DNA from: Heteronotia binoei
Lineage: Eukaryota
Direction: 5' to 3'
Assembly: GCF_032191835.1 (NCBI RefSeq)
Contig: NC_083226.1
Span: 21,266,001-21,330,000, forward strand
Length of the DNA: 64,000 nt
Within the stretch, counting starts at the first letter, position 1; each line of letters opens with the position of its first letter. This document shows positions 49,350 through 61,500 of this stretch, in pieces. Below the pieces are notes generated by a model. It worked only from the letters and a program-made list of their open reading frames with translations. It did not search any database and was not told the origin of the DNA. Both the position numbers and the translations under genes were made by a program.

Positions 49350-49780
49350 GGCGTCATTTTGAGCAGGAGCCCACAGGAGTGGAGCGCTGAAACCTCTAAA
49401 TTTTATTGTGCTCTTTCTTTTTTAAACCCCACCCCCCATACTTGCTTCTGGACTCCATTGTTCAAGCCCCCGGTGAGAATTTTGCTGAACTCTAAGATTT
49501 AAATATTTTCTCCCCACAAAAAGGGGAAATAATCAAAACCTATAAAGCAGACAGATGGAAGCCTTCATTGTGCCACTGTGACCACCTAGGATAACGTAAT
49601 TTAAAAAGGATGATGGGAGTAAGATTTTATTATGACAATTATAGTTCAAGAAGCATTGCAAGGTAGATGCTGAGCTGATATAATTTAGTACACCTTCCGG
49701 TGATGTCAGGGGTGTGTGGCATATGCAAATGCATTGTGCTAATGAGCTCCAGTACCTCTTTTTCTACGAAATGACCCCTG
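49350..49780. mobile_element. Non-autonomous DNA transposon (CAGG(G/C)GTCATTT TIRs)
   Basis: CAGGCGTCATTTT ... AAATGACCCCTG termini. Confidence 0.55.
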
Positions 49781-50509
49781 GGCACTCAGATGGTATACAG
49801 AGCTGACATAGACCCGGCAAGGGCACCATGCCAATCCAGAGCAGTGCCCACCCCTGCCTGTAAATTTATGCTGGTGGAAAGGCAGGAGTGTAATTTTAGC
49901 TATACCACTGTAGACTCAAACTCACCCTTTTTCTGTTCCAGCAGAACCCTTTGACCTCTGCCACCTTTTGGGGGAGCTGTCTGGATTTTGGCACGTTAGG
50001 TGCCGATGTCTGTTCTAAGAGACTGTGAGTCCCATGTCCCAATACCCACAGACAGAAAGGAAGGAGATGGTGTGTATGCAGGGTATCTTTGCCCTCCTAC
50101 CTACCATGAGCCACTGTGCTGGGCATATGTGAAGGCACAACCTTCCTTGATGTATGGTGGTCCTTCTTTCTGCCATAACTTGCCTTTCAATGGCTTTAAA
50201 AGGAAACATGAATTTTCGGTATGGCTACACAGCAAAAGAGCCAATTAGGGGTTAAGTGTGCAGACTTTAATCTGGGAGAACCAGATTTAATTCCCCACTT
50301 CTCCACATGCAGCTGGGTGATCCTGGGTCAGCCACAGTTCTCACAGAGCTGTTCTCTCCAGAGTAGTTCTCTCAGCCCCACCTACCTCACAGACATTGTG
50401 TGGAGAGGAAGGGAAAGTGATTGGTAAGCTACTCTGAGTAAAGGGTGGGGTATAAATCCAAGCTCCTCCTCCTCTTTCTGCCAAATGAAAAAAAAAAAAA
50501 GTCCTGATC

Positions 50510-50840
50510 CTTTGCTACATAAGAGGAGCCATGTTGGATCAGACCAATGGCTCATCCAGTCCAACACTATCACACAGTGGCCAAAAAACCTAGGTGCCAT
50601 CAGGAGATCCACCAGTGGGCCAAGACATCACTCCCACTGCTGCCCCCCCAAGCATGAGAATACAAAGCATCACTGCCCCAGAAAGAGTGTTCCATCTATT
50701 CCTTGTGGCTAATAGCCACTCGTGGACCTCTGCTCCCTTGGTTTATCCAATTCTCTCTTGAAGCCATCGATGCATGTAGCCACCGCCACATCCTGTGGCA
50801 GTGAATCCCATGTGTTAATCACCCTTTGGGTGCAAGAATC
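50510..50840 (-). mobile_element. CR1 3' fragment
   Basis: TQRVINTWDSLPQDV remnant; reverse-complement tail. Confidence 0.85.
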
Positions 50841-51314
50841 CCCCAGTTCTTTCCATAATCCATGAGGCACTAGCAGTTTCTGCGGGGCTGTGGGGAACCT
50901 TATGCAGTGTTTGAAAGGATAGCTATGTCTTCGCATGAGACTACTTGTTCTTCTGTCTTTCATCCCTGTCTCAACCCCAGCAAATTTAGGGATCTGAGTG
51001 TAGGGGGCTAGAGCTAGAATAACATCAGCTCTTGCTAACCAGGGATTTTTGGCAGGTCTGCATACAGTGGGTTAGATTCAGGTTCCATTTGAGTGGTGTA
51101 TTTGGACTTTCCTGCCTTCCCATTCCCAATGTATCCTGTTCATCATGATATAATAGCGTACCTGGAAGCTAGGGGATCCTGAGGAATCATGTGGGTGAGT
51201 GGTCTGTAGTAGGTACGGGGAACTGGTAGAAATTGCCAAAATCACTCTATGGCTTTTATTATAGTTGTGACAGAGTGGATGGAGAACTTTTTTCTCCCTT
51301 TCCCTGAATAGCAG

Positions 51315-51665
51315 AGATCAAGGGCACCCAGTGAAGTTGATGAGCAATAGATTCAGGATGTAATTCTGCAAAGAAGCGATTAAAACATGGAATTCACTGC
51401 CAGAGGATGTAGTGATGGTGACAGGCACAGACAACTTTAAAAGGGGGTTAGAAAATCCAGGGAGGTTCAGTGGTGGTTTCCAGCCATGGGGGTCTCCATG
51501 ATCAAAGGTGATGAGCCTTTGAGTACCAGTGCTAGGAGGCAACATTGGGGGAAGGCCTTGGCCTACGCTGTTCATTGTCCTCCAGACTAACTGCTTAGGC
51601 ACAGTGTAAGACAGGATGCTGGATGAGGTAAACCACTGGTCTGATCTAGCAAGACTCATACATTC
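51315..51665 (+). mobile_element. CR1 3' fragment (different subfamily)
   Basis: GHPVKLMSNRFR and WNSLPEDVV remnants followed by a CR1-like 3' UTR. Confidence 0.75.
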
Positions 51666-51718
51666 TTCTCAGATGACACATACTTTGTGGAGAACGTGCT
51701 TTTTTGGTTTTCAGCTGG

Positions 51719-51827
51719 TAGGCCTTAATGCTAGAAACGTGAGGTAAAAAACAAGGGAATGAAAGTTTTTTTACCTCACATTTCTAGCATTAAGGCCTAG
51801 TGCTAGAAATGTGAGGTAAAAAAACAG
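51719..51827. repeat. ~33-bp inverted repeat plus a third direct copy
   Basis: 51721-51752 pairs with 51765-51797; 51801-51827 repeats arm 1. Confidence 0.85.
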
Positions 51828-53712
51828 GACCCTGGTTGATGGGAGGGGTACAAAGCTTGGCTTCATTGTGTTTCTAGGAAGCAGCAAAAGGGGGGAAAAA
51901 CTCAACCTAAGAAGCAAGTCAAGAACCTAGAAGGTTGAACAACTAAACAGAAGAATAAGATACACCTGTATGTTACATTACATCCACATAGTGTACGTGT
52001 TGCTGTATGCCATGCTGATGTAATGTGGTACCCGCTATCTTATGGTTTTATCTATATTTTTATTATCTAATCTTTGTAAAGAAAAAAGATGCATCTTATT
52101 CTTTTGTTTAGCTGCTCAATCTTCTAGGGTCCTTTATTGTGTTTCCTTCAGAGTTCATTAGAAACTCACCTTGTTCGCCTCTCCCTTCTGGCTCCCTTAA
52201 AGGAACTGTGGAAGGGCATCCCCGTTGCAGGCTGGGATGTGTTTGCGGGATGCTGCATCAGCATAACCGGGAACAGAAAAAGCTGAGGTCGTATGCGCTC
52301 ACAAACACAGGAGGGAGCTCTTGGAAGGTTGCTATGCAAGAATGCACACAGCTCCTGGCCCATTTGTGAATTCAGCCTTGGCCACTTTCTTAACCCCTGG
52401 GGCAGTGCCGGTTTTGAGGGCGGGGTGGGGGGTGGGGGGGGTGGGGTGGGGGAGAAGACAAGGGACTAAGCTAACTTGCGATGCCAGAAGATTGTTTCCT
52501 TCATTTCCTTGCTCTGCCAAACCTCAGTGGGGGCTGGAGATCTTCTGCCACTACGGTTGACCCCCACAAAACAGAGATCAGTTCCTCTGGTGAAAATGGC
52601 TGCAAAGACTTGAGGGAAAGAGGAACACAACCATTCAGAGGTTCAGTCTCCCCCACAGTGTGTGTTTTGGGGTATACTTAAAAAAATAATGGAAGGGGGA
52701 AGTGCAATCTACGGAGCCTGGTAAAAATGCTAGCACTGTTTAAAGGAAGTGTGAGGCTCATGTGTAGGCACTGCATGCCTTCCTGGAAAAAGCTGTATAT
52801 TGTTGTTTACTTAGTTTGCTGTTCCTCAAAAGGGGGCCCAATCACTGACATCTTTCTCTTCTTTATTGTATTCTCACAGCAACCCTGTGAGTGTATGACT
52901 GGCCCAGGGGTGGTAAAACCTTACCCACAAAGAAAATGCGAGGCAGGGATTGTGAACATGAAGTACAAATCTGAGGAAAACCTCTCCCCTGCCTGTGCGG
53001 GAAGAAGTTTTTATACCCCACCTTTCTCTACCTTAAGGAGTTTCAAAGTGGCTTCCAATCACCTTCCCTCCCTCTCGCCACAACAGGCACCTTGTGAGGT
53101 CAATAGGGCTGAGAGAGTTCGGAGAGAACTGTGACTGGTCCAAGGTCACCCAGCTGGCTTCATGGGGAGGAAGGAAGCAAACCCAGTTCTCCAGATTACA
53201 GCCCACTGTTCCTAACCATGACACCACACTTACTCTCAGTAGCCAAAGAAGGAAATCTTGCCTGGTGTTCCCGAAGCCGGAGTTCCCTGAATTTTTCACA
53301 GCTTAGGTCCCTTAAATAAAAGTTGAGGGCCTTCTTTCATTGTTACATCCAGGTGTTGTCTTGATTTTTCCCAGAGCACAGCATAGACTTTCCCCATGCA
53401 GAGGTGTCTTGCCTTTGTTCCTATTGCTTCCAACTGCCCCTGCTAGTGAAAGTTAAGGGGGTTGGGGTTGGGGATGGATATTGAGTTCTGTGTCTGAAGC
53501 CATGGTGGTGCTTCCAGGGTTCCCCTGCTGCTACAACATGGACAACATCAGGGGAGGCCGGTGTATTCATATTGCTTCCCTTGAACAGATGATGCTGGCC
53601 CTGTGTGGCTGCAGATATCTCTTGCAAGGGAGTGTTTACATACAGAAGAAGAAGCCTACCACTGCTGATTTACACCTTGCCCTTCTCTCTGAATCAGAGA
53701 CTCAGAGCGGAG

Positions 53713-53998
53713 AGCCAGTTTGGTGTAGTGGTTAAGTGTGTGGACTCTTATCTGGGAGAACCGGGTTTGATTCCCCACTCCTCCACTTGCACCTGCTAGC
53801 ATGGCCTTGGGTCAGCCATAGCTCTGGCAGAGGTTGTCCTTGAAAGGGCAGCTGCTGTGAGAGCCCTCTCCAGCCCCACCCACCTCACAGGGTGTCTGTT
53901 GTGGGGGAGGAAGGGAAAGGAGATTGTGAGCCGCTCTGAGACTCTTCGGAGTGGAGGGCGGGATATAAATCCAATATCTTCACCTTCTTCTTCTTCTT
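53713..53998 (+). mobile_element. Squam3-like SINE, tail-to-tail with a second copy (54000-54418, minus)
   Basis: Near-consensus copy. Confidence 0.88.
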
Positions 53999-55014
53999 AC
54001 AATCTCCTAATATCTTCTCCCCCCACAATAGACACCCTGTGAGGTGGGTGGAGCTGAGAGAGCTCTCACGGCCGCTGTCCTTTCAAGGACAACTCCTGCG
54101 ATGGCTATGCTAACCCAAGGCTATTCCAGCAGCTGTAAGTGGAGAAGTGGGGAATCAAACCCAGTTCTCCCAGATAAGAGTTTGCACCAAAGTTCCCTCT
54201 AAACTTTGGAGTCTTGTGAGCAAAAATTCTACTTTGTGAGCTATTGGCATTAAAGTTGTGAGCTACTGCATAAATTAGTTTGCTCTAGGGCCATTTTTCC
54301 TGAGCTGAGACAAAAATGTGTGAACTGGAGGCTAAAAAACTGTGAGCTAGCTTACAGTAACTCAGCTTAGAGGAAACATTGGTTTACACACTTAACCACT
54401 ACACCAAACTGGCTCTCTCCGAGCAGCTTACAGTTCCTCACAGCAGATCTCTGCTCCTTTCATTCATCGCACGATTTGGGGAGGGACAGTGGCTCAGTGG
54501 TAGCAGAAGGTCCTGGGTCCAATCCCCAGCATGTCCTACTAAAAAGGGTTCAGGCAAGTAGGCGTGAAAAACCTCAGCTTGAGACCCTGGAGAACCACTG
54601 GCAGTCTGAGTAGACAATACTGACTTTGATGGATTGAGGGTCTGATTCAGTATAAGGCAGCTTCATATGGTCATATATGTTCATAATTTGGGATCTGGTG
54701 TTTGTGGGACACTATCAGAGTCCTCGTTGCAGATAGTAGTCCAGTAGCACTGAGGCTGCTTTGGCAGGGAGGGTGAGCGGGATATAACATAAACATAAAC
54801 CTTTTGAGACTAAAATTTTATTGTAGCATAAGCTTTTGAGAAACACAGCTCTCTTTGTCAGATGCATGGCTGCATTTAGAAAAAAGGAGATGTCTGCCAA
54901 TTTCTTCGTTAGGTTGATGGATTTCCTCTTCTTTTGGCTGAATGCGGTGCTTTCTATGGTCATGGATCCAGAGGAGTTAGCCATGTTAGTCTGTTGCTGC
55001 AAAATAGTAAAGAG

Positions 55015-56380
55015 AACATAAGAACGTAAGAGAAGCCATGTTGGATCAGGCCAATGGCCCATCCAGTCCAACACTCTGTGTCACACAGTGGCAAAAAATT
55101 TTATACATACACACACACTGTGGCTAATAGCCACTGATGGACCTGTGCTCCATATTTTTATCTAAACCCCTCTTGAAGGTGGCTATGCTTGTGGCCGCCA
55201 CCACCTCCTGTGGCAGTGAATTCCACATGTTAATTACCCTTTGGATGAAGAAGTACTTCCTTTTATCCGTTTTAACCTGTCTGCTCAGCAATTTCATCGA
55301 ATGCCCATGAGTTCTTGTATTGTGAGAAAGGGAGAAAAGTACTTCTTTCTCTACTTTCTCCATCCCATGCATTATCTTGTAAACCTCTATCATGTCACCC
55401 CGCAGTCGACGTTTCTCCAAGCTAAAGAGTCCCAAGCGTTTCAACCTTTCTTCATAGGGAAAGTGTTCCAGCCCTTTAAGCATTCTAGTTGCCCTTTTCT
55501 GGACTTTCTCCAATGATATAATATTCTTTTTGAGGTGCGGTGACCAGAATTTCACACAGTATTCCAAATGAGACTGCACCATCGATTTATACAGGGGCAT
55601 TATGATACTGGCTGATTTGTTTTCAATTCCCTTCCTAATAATTCCCAGCATGGCGTTGGCCTTTTTTATTGCAAATGCACACTGTCTTGACATTTTCAGT
55701 GAGTTATCTACCACGACCCCAAGATCTCTCTCTTGGTCAGTCTCTGCCAGTTCACACCCCATCAACTTGTATTTGTAGCTGGGATTCTTGGCCCCAATGT
55801 GCATTACTTTGCACTTGGCCACATTGAACCGCATCTGCCGCGTTGACGCCCACTCACCCAGCCTCAACAGATCCCTTTGGAGTTCCTCACAATCCTCTCT
55901 GATTCTCACCACCCTGAACAATTTAGTGTCATCCGCAAACTTGGCCACTTCACTGCTCACTCCCAACTCTAAATCATTTATGAACAAGTTAAAGAGCATG
56001 GGACCCAGTACTGAGCCCTGCGGCACCCCACTGCTTACCGTCCTCCACTGCAAAGACTGCCCATTTATACTCACTCTCTGCTTCCTATTACTCAGCCAGT
56101 TTTTGATCCACAAGAGGACCTGTCCTTTTACTCCATGACTCTCAAGCTTTCTAAGGAGTCTTTGATGAGGAACTTTATCAAAAGCTTTCTGGAAGTCAAG
56201 GTAAACAACATCTATCGGGTCTCCTTTGTCCACATGTTTGTTCACCCCCTCAAAGAAATGTAACAGGTTAGTGAGGCAAGATCTTCCCTTGCAGAACCCA
56301 TGCTGAGTCTTCCTCAATAACCCGTGTTCATTAATGTGCCTACTCATTCTAAAGTCATTCTACTCATTCTAAAGACATTC
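55015..56380 (-). mobile_element. Young 5'-truncated CR1 LINE with uninterrupted 407-codon RT/C-terminal ORF
   Basis: ORF 55124-56347 (QHGFCKGRSCLTNL...FADDTKLF...WNSLPQEVV); TSD TAAAGAG at 55008-55014 and 56381-56387; highly similar to the 16.4-17.8 kb copy. Confidence 0.96.
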
Positions 56381-58510
56381 TAAAGAGTCCAGTTGCACCT
56401 TTAAGACTAACACATTTTATTGAAGCATGAGCTTTTGAGAAACACAGCACTCTTTGTCAGATGCGCTGCAGATGGTTCCAATAGTCTGTCCTCTGTCTGC
56501 TTGTTTTTTGGGGGGGCTGAACTGTGGAAAAGATCTCCAAACAGCAAGTGAAGCAAAAGAAGACTCTGCCAACAAGGTGGGTGGAGTTTTTCCCTGCCTG
56601 AAGGGTTTCCCACAGGGGGACAGACTTGGGTATTTTTCCTGTTGCCACTGTGGCTCAGGACATAATGGCTGCAGGGCCCCCAGCCACTGTGGTGTAGCGG
56701 TTAAGAGCAATGGACTCGAAGCTGGAGAACTGGGTTTGATTCCCCATTCCTCCTCCACATGCAGCCTGCTGGGTGACCTTGGGCCAGTCACAGCTCTCTC
56801 AGAACTCCCCTCTCAGCCCCACCTACCTCGCAAGGGGCCTGTTGTGGGGAGAGGAAGGGAAGGAGATTGTAAGCTGCTTTGAGGCTCTTTAGGGTAGACA
56901 AAATGTAAAGGTAGTCCCCTGTGCAAGCATCGAGTTGTTACCGACCAGGTGACGTCACACCACAATGTTTTCTTGGCAGATTTTTTGTCATGGGGTGGTT
57001 TGCCATTGCCTTCCCCAGTCATCTACCAGTCTTTGCCTCCCTCCCAGCAAGCTGGGTACTCATTTTACCAGCCTCGGAAGGAAGGAAAGCTGAGTCCACC
57101 TTGAGCTGACTACCTGTGTCCAGCTTCCCATATTGAGCAGAGCTTGGACTACAGTGCTGCAGCTTACCACTCTGTGCCATGGGGCTTCCTGGGGTAGACA
57201 AAAGTGGGGTATAATACCAACTCCTCTTCTTCCCCACATTTTCCCAGTGTTTGCCTTGAAGTAGAAGAAAGCACCACAATGCTCTGGGGATGTGGGGAAA
57301 AGAACCTGGTTGGCCCCCATAACATCCAAGACAGGTCAAACAACCCATGTTACAGTACCAAGTCCTATTTCCTGTCTTTGTGTAAACTTAGGTGACCTCT
57401 ACTAAAGCAGTGTCCCGAAAGGCTGCGCATTCAGAGAGATTCTGGCCTTAGGACACAACATCCGCTGCAGTGAGCATGGCGTGAAAAATGAAAAGCTGAG
57501 AACCAAATAAAGTTGGAAAGGCATGCAGAGAGCCAGTTTGGTGTAGCGGTTAAGTGCACGGACTCTATCTGGGAGAACCGGGTTTGGTTCTCCACTCCTC
57601 CACATGCACCCGCTGAGCTTCTCTCAAAGCTGTTCTGCTCAAGAGCAGTTCTGGAAGAGCTCTCTCAGCTCCCCCCACCTCACAGGATGTCTGTTGTGGG
57701 GAGGAGAAGGCAGGGCCAGCCCTAGACTGTCTGGCACCCTAGGCAAAGCTAACTTCTTGCACCCTTCCCCCTGGCATCGATAACATCACAGATTCACAAT
57801 TTGGCGCTCTAGGCAGTCACCTAGTTTGCCTAGTGGTAGGACTGGCCCTGGGGGAAGGGAAAGGAGATTTGTAAGCTGCTCTGAGACTTCTTTGGGTAGT
57901 GAAGGGTGGGATATAAATCCAATCTCTTTTCAGATATTAGGGCTACGCTCTCCTGTTAGGTTTCCCATTCATTTGAAGGTCTGTTTCTCTCTCTCTCACG
58001 TCATGCATCAGATAGGATAAAAACAAAGCCCCTTTTGGATAGATCCAACCCATCTCTTTAATGTGGTTCTTATTTTTTAGATAGTTACAGATAATGTTCC
58101 CTCTAAGCTGCAGAGTCTTATGGGCAAAAATTCGACTTTGTGAGCTACTGGCATTAAAGTTGTGAGCTCCTGCATAGATTAGTGTGCTCTGGGGCCATTT
58201 TTTCCTGAGCGAAGACAAAAATGTGTGAGCTGGAGACTAAAAAACATCTGTGAGCTAGCTCATGCGAACTCAGCTTAGACGGAACACTGGTTACAGACTA
58301 CCTAAAGTGAGCACAGCCAAAGAAAGTCATGCAAAAGGCAGGCTCCAATTTGATTGGCCCTGTGTCGGTGCATTCTTGCCACTTTCGAGGAGGTATTTCC
58401 AGCTCTCCCTGCCCTGTGGAGATATCAAGGCTTATAGTTTGGTGGTGGGTTGCAGAAGCTGAGTCCCCTTTCCAGCAGTAATCCACAGCAGGTCCAAGTG
58501 GGGCTAGGGC

Positions 58511-61500
58511 TCACTCTTTTCCCCTGCAAGGAAAGCTGTGCATGGCTAGCGATTCCAAGCTGTTGTAGGAAGGCAGCGTGGCCACCTCGGACACGACAGG
58601 CAGATGCGGTGGGGCGCCAGGCATAGAAGGCGCACTGGAGAAGGCGGCGTTGTCGTGGCTGCTGGTGGCGGGGAGGTCAGAGGATCGATGCAGGTAGGTC
58701 CACTGGAAGGCCAGGATGCAGGTGACGGCGAGGAAGTCGAAAATCAGCTCGGCCATCTCGATGACGGAGAGGACGGAGGAGCCAAACCAGAGGCTCCACT
58801 GGTTGCCCAGCTGGGACAGCAACGTCACCACCTGCCAAGCGGAGAGCGCAAGGTGAGGAGCGTGGAAGAACCACAGTGCTCCAGGGAAGATCCCCAAATT
58901 GTTCTTTGGTCCCCAGAGCTTTTTCTGTAGCAGGATCTCATTTGGATATTAGGCTTACCACCCCCCCCCCCCCGATGTAGCCAATCCTCCAAGAGCTTAC
59001 AGAAGAGCCCTGTAAGCTCTTGGAGGATTGGCGACATCGGGGTGTGTGTGTGTGGCCTAATATGCAAAGGAGATCCTGCTACAGGAAAAGCCCTGTCCAA
59101 CGGTAAAAATAAATGCTTGGGAACTCTGACTTTGGAGATCCCAGCATCAAAGGTTTTGCCCTCTACAACTGCCTGTGTGCTCTTGTAAAGGGGTGGGTAG
59201 GACAAATTCTGAAATTTAATTACATCAGAATTTGATTCTTAGATGTCAGAATCAAAAATCAGCAGATCAGCTGCTCTCACTTGCTGAAGGGTTAGGAGAA
59301 CATGGTCTACGTAATGCAAATCATCCGAACTCTCTGTCTGGGGCAGTGATGCTCTGTATTCTTGGTGCTTGGGGGGGCAACAGTGGGAGGGGCTTCTAGT
59401 GTCCTGACCTCACTGATGGACCTCCTGATGGTGCCTGGTTTTTTTGGCCACTGTATGACACAGATCGTTGGACTGGATGGGCCATTATCCTGATCCAAAA
59501 TGGCTTCTCTTATGTTCTTAGTTGGCATGAAATGTTTCATACTGCAACACATACTGTTGATGTGGATGGCTATCGCAAGTTTTTTTTTTTTTTGTATGCC
59601 AAGTGCTGACAATATAAAACTTTTGCAAAGTGACAGAAAATCCTTTCTGTTCCATTGCAAAATGGTCAGATGGGCAAGAATATGAACATATGAAGCTGCC
59701 TTATACTGAATCAGACCCTTGGTCCATCAAAGTCAATATTGTCTTCTCAGACTGGCAGTGGCTCTCCAGGGTCTCAAGCTGAGGTTTTTCACACCTATTT
59801 GCCTGGACCCTTTTTTGGAGATGCCAGGGATTGAACCTGGGACCTTCTGCTTCCCAAGCAGATGCTCTACCACTGAGCCACCATCCCTCCCAGAATGAAA
59901 TAGAATAAAAATTCAAACTTGTTTGCCTCAAAATAACCTGCTCTGCAGGATCAGGAGATGCTGTTTTTGGAAGCCTACCAACATGCTTTGCTCCGTTGTT
60001 TATCAGATGTTGGGTTTTTGGGGTTTTGTTTTGCTTTTATTGCATTTTGAGGTTTTACCTATTTGATAAGACCTCCGATGTGAGTGTTGCATTCTGAAAG
60101 GGTGGTAGGCAAATGCCATAAAACGAGGCAGCAGTGTATTGCCAAGAGGCAAAGAGGTTCTTTTCCGCTAAGCGATTCGAGGGCAACAAACACCAGTGGT
60201 GAAAGACAAGAGTTTTATTGAAATCTCTGTGATCAGGGGTGGAATTCTAGCAGGAGCTCCTTTCCATATTAGGCCACAAACCCCTGATGTAGCCAATCCT
60301 CCAAGAGCTTACAAAAAAGAGCCTTGTAAGCTCATAGAGGATTGGCTACATCAGGGGTGTGTGGCCTAATATGGAAAGGAGCTCCTGCTAGAATTCCATC
60401 CTAATATATAATAATGAGGCACGAACAAGGCACAAGAATAAACAGAGAATATACCCATGCTTCTTCTATTACAGCAGGGGTGTCAAATATGTGGCCCGGG
60501 GAACCTAATCAGGACCCTGGAGGGCTTCTATCAGGCCCCAAGCAACTGGCTGTCATCTGCTTCCTTCTCCCTCCTTCTTGCTTCCTTCTGCATCACAGCT
60601 TGCTTTCCCAAGCTTGCTCAATTGCACAGGAGCTACAGAGCAAAGCCTCTATTTTCTCCATTGGCTGAAACTCCACCCTTGGGGAAGGAGGAAGGGTAGC
60701 TTGCTTCCAAGGAAGCTCTGGCTCTTTCCTTTCTTCCCCAGAGGGCCAGGAGGGGGAGGAGCCTCAGCCAATAGAAGGAAGAGAGGCTTGTCTCAGTAGC
60801 TCTGCTGTGCAACTGAGAGAGCTTGGATTGCATGGGAGTAATGCAAAGAAAACACCCTTAAGACCAACAAATGCTAACGTTTTAAGCATGTTTTATTTCA
60901 AGTTTTTTAAAAAATCTTTGTGTTTGTCTGCGTCCTTTATGAAGTTTATATATTTGCTACCTGGCATTACATTTTATGAATAGCTCTTGGCACATAAGCT
61001 CTGACCTTACACCTATCTTGATCAATTCTGGACCATGTGGTGAAGCATACAATATGAACATATATGAACACATGAAGCTGCCTTATACTGAATCAGACCC
61101 TCGGCCCATCAAAGTCAGTATTGTCTACTCAGACTGGCAGTGGCTCTCCAGGGTCTCAAGCTGAGGTTTTTCACACATACTTGCCTGGACCCTTTTTTAG
61201 TTGGAGATGCCAGGGATTGAACCTGGGACCTTCTGCTTACCAAGCAGATGCTCTACCACTGAGCCACCGTCCCTCCCCTAAATATACAATAATATAATAT
61301 ATTATAATAATATAATTATAATATAATATATTATATAATAATATAATAATACAATATGCATGCCCTTGATTAGGACAGAAGGCTGTAGAATAAGAGGCCT
61401 CAAGGATATCTTTAAGCCTTTGCCACTTCATTAAATTTCCTTGCGGTCCAGCATTGTTCTATTGCATTCTGTATTATGAGTCAATAGGTGTACTTTCATT

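Noticed and set aside
49940-50020. Possible alternative terminal VAMP1 exon after a polypyrimidine/AG
   Set aside because: No similarity to known VAMP1 isoform tails; no supporting evidence.
61225-61278. tRNA-like sequences (also ~59840-59890, 41385-41433, 42055-42120)
   Set aside because: They are SINE heads followed by family body and tail, not tRNA genes.
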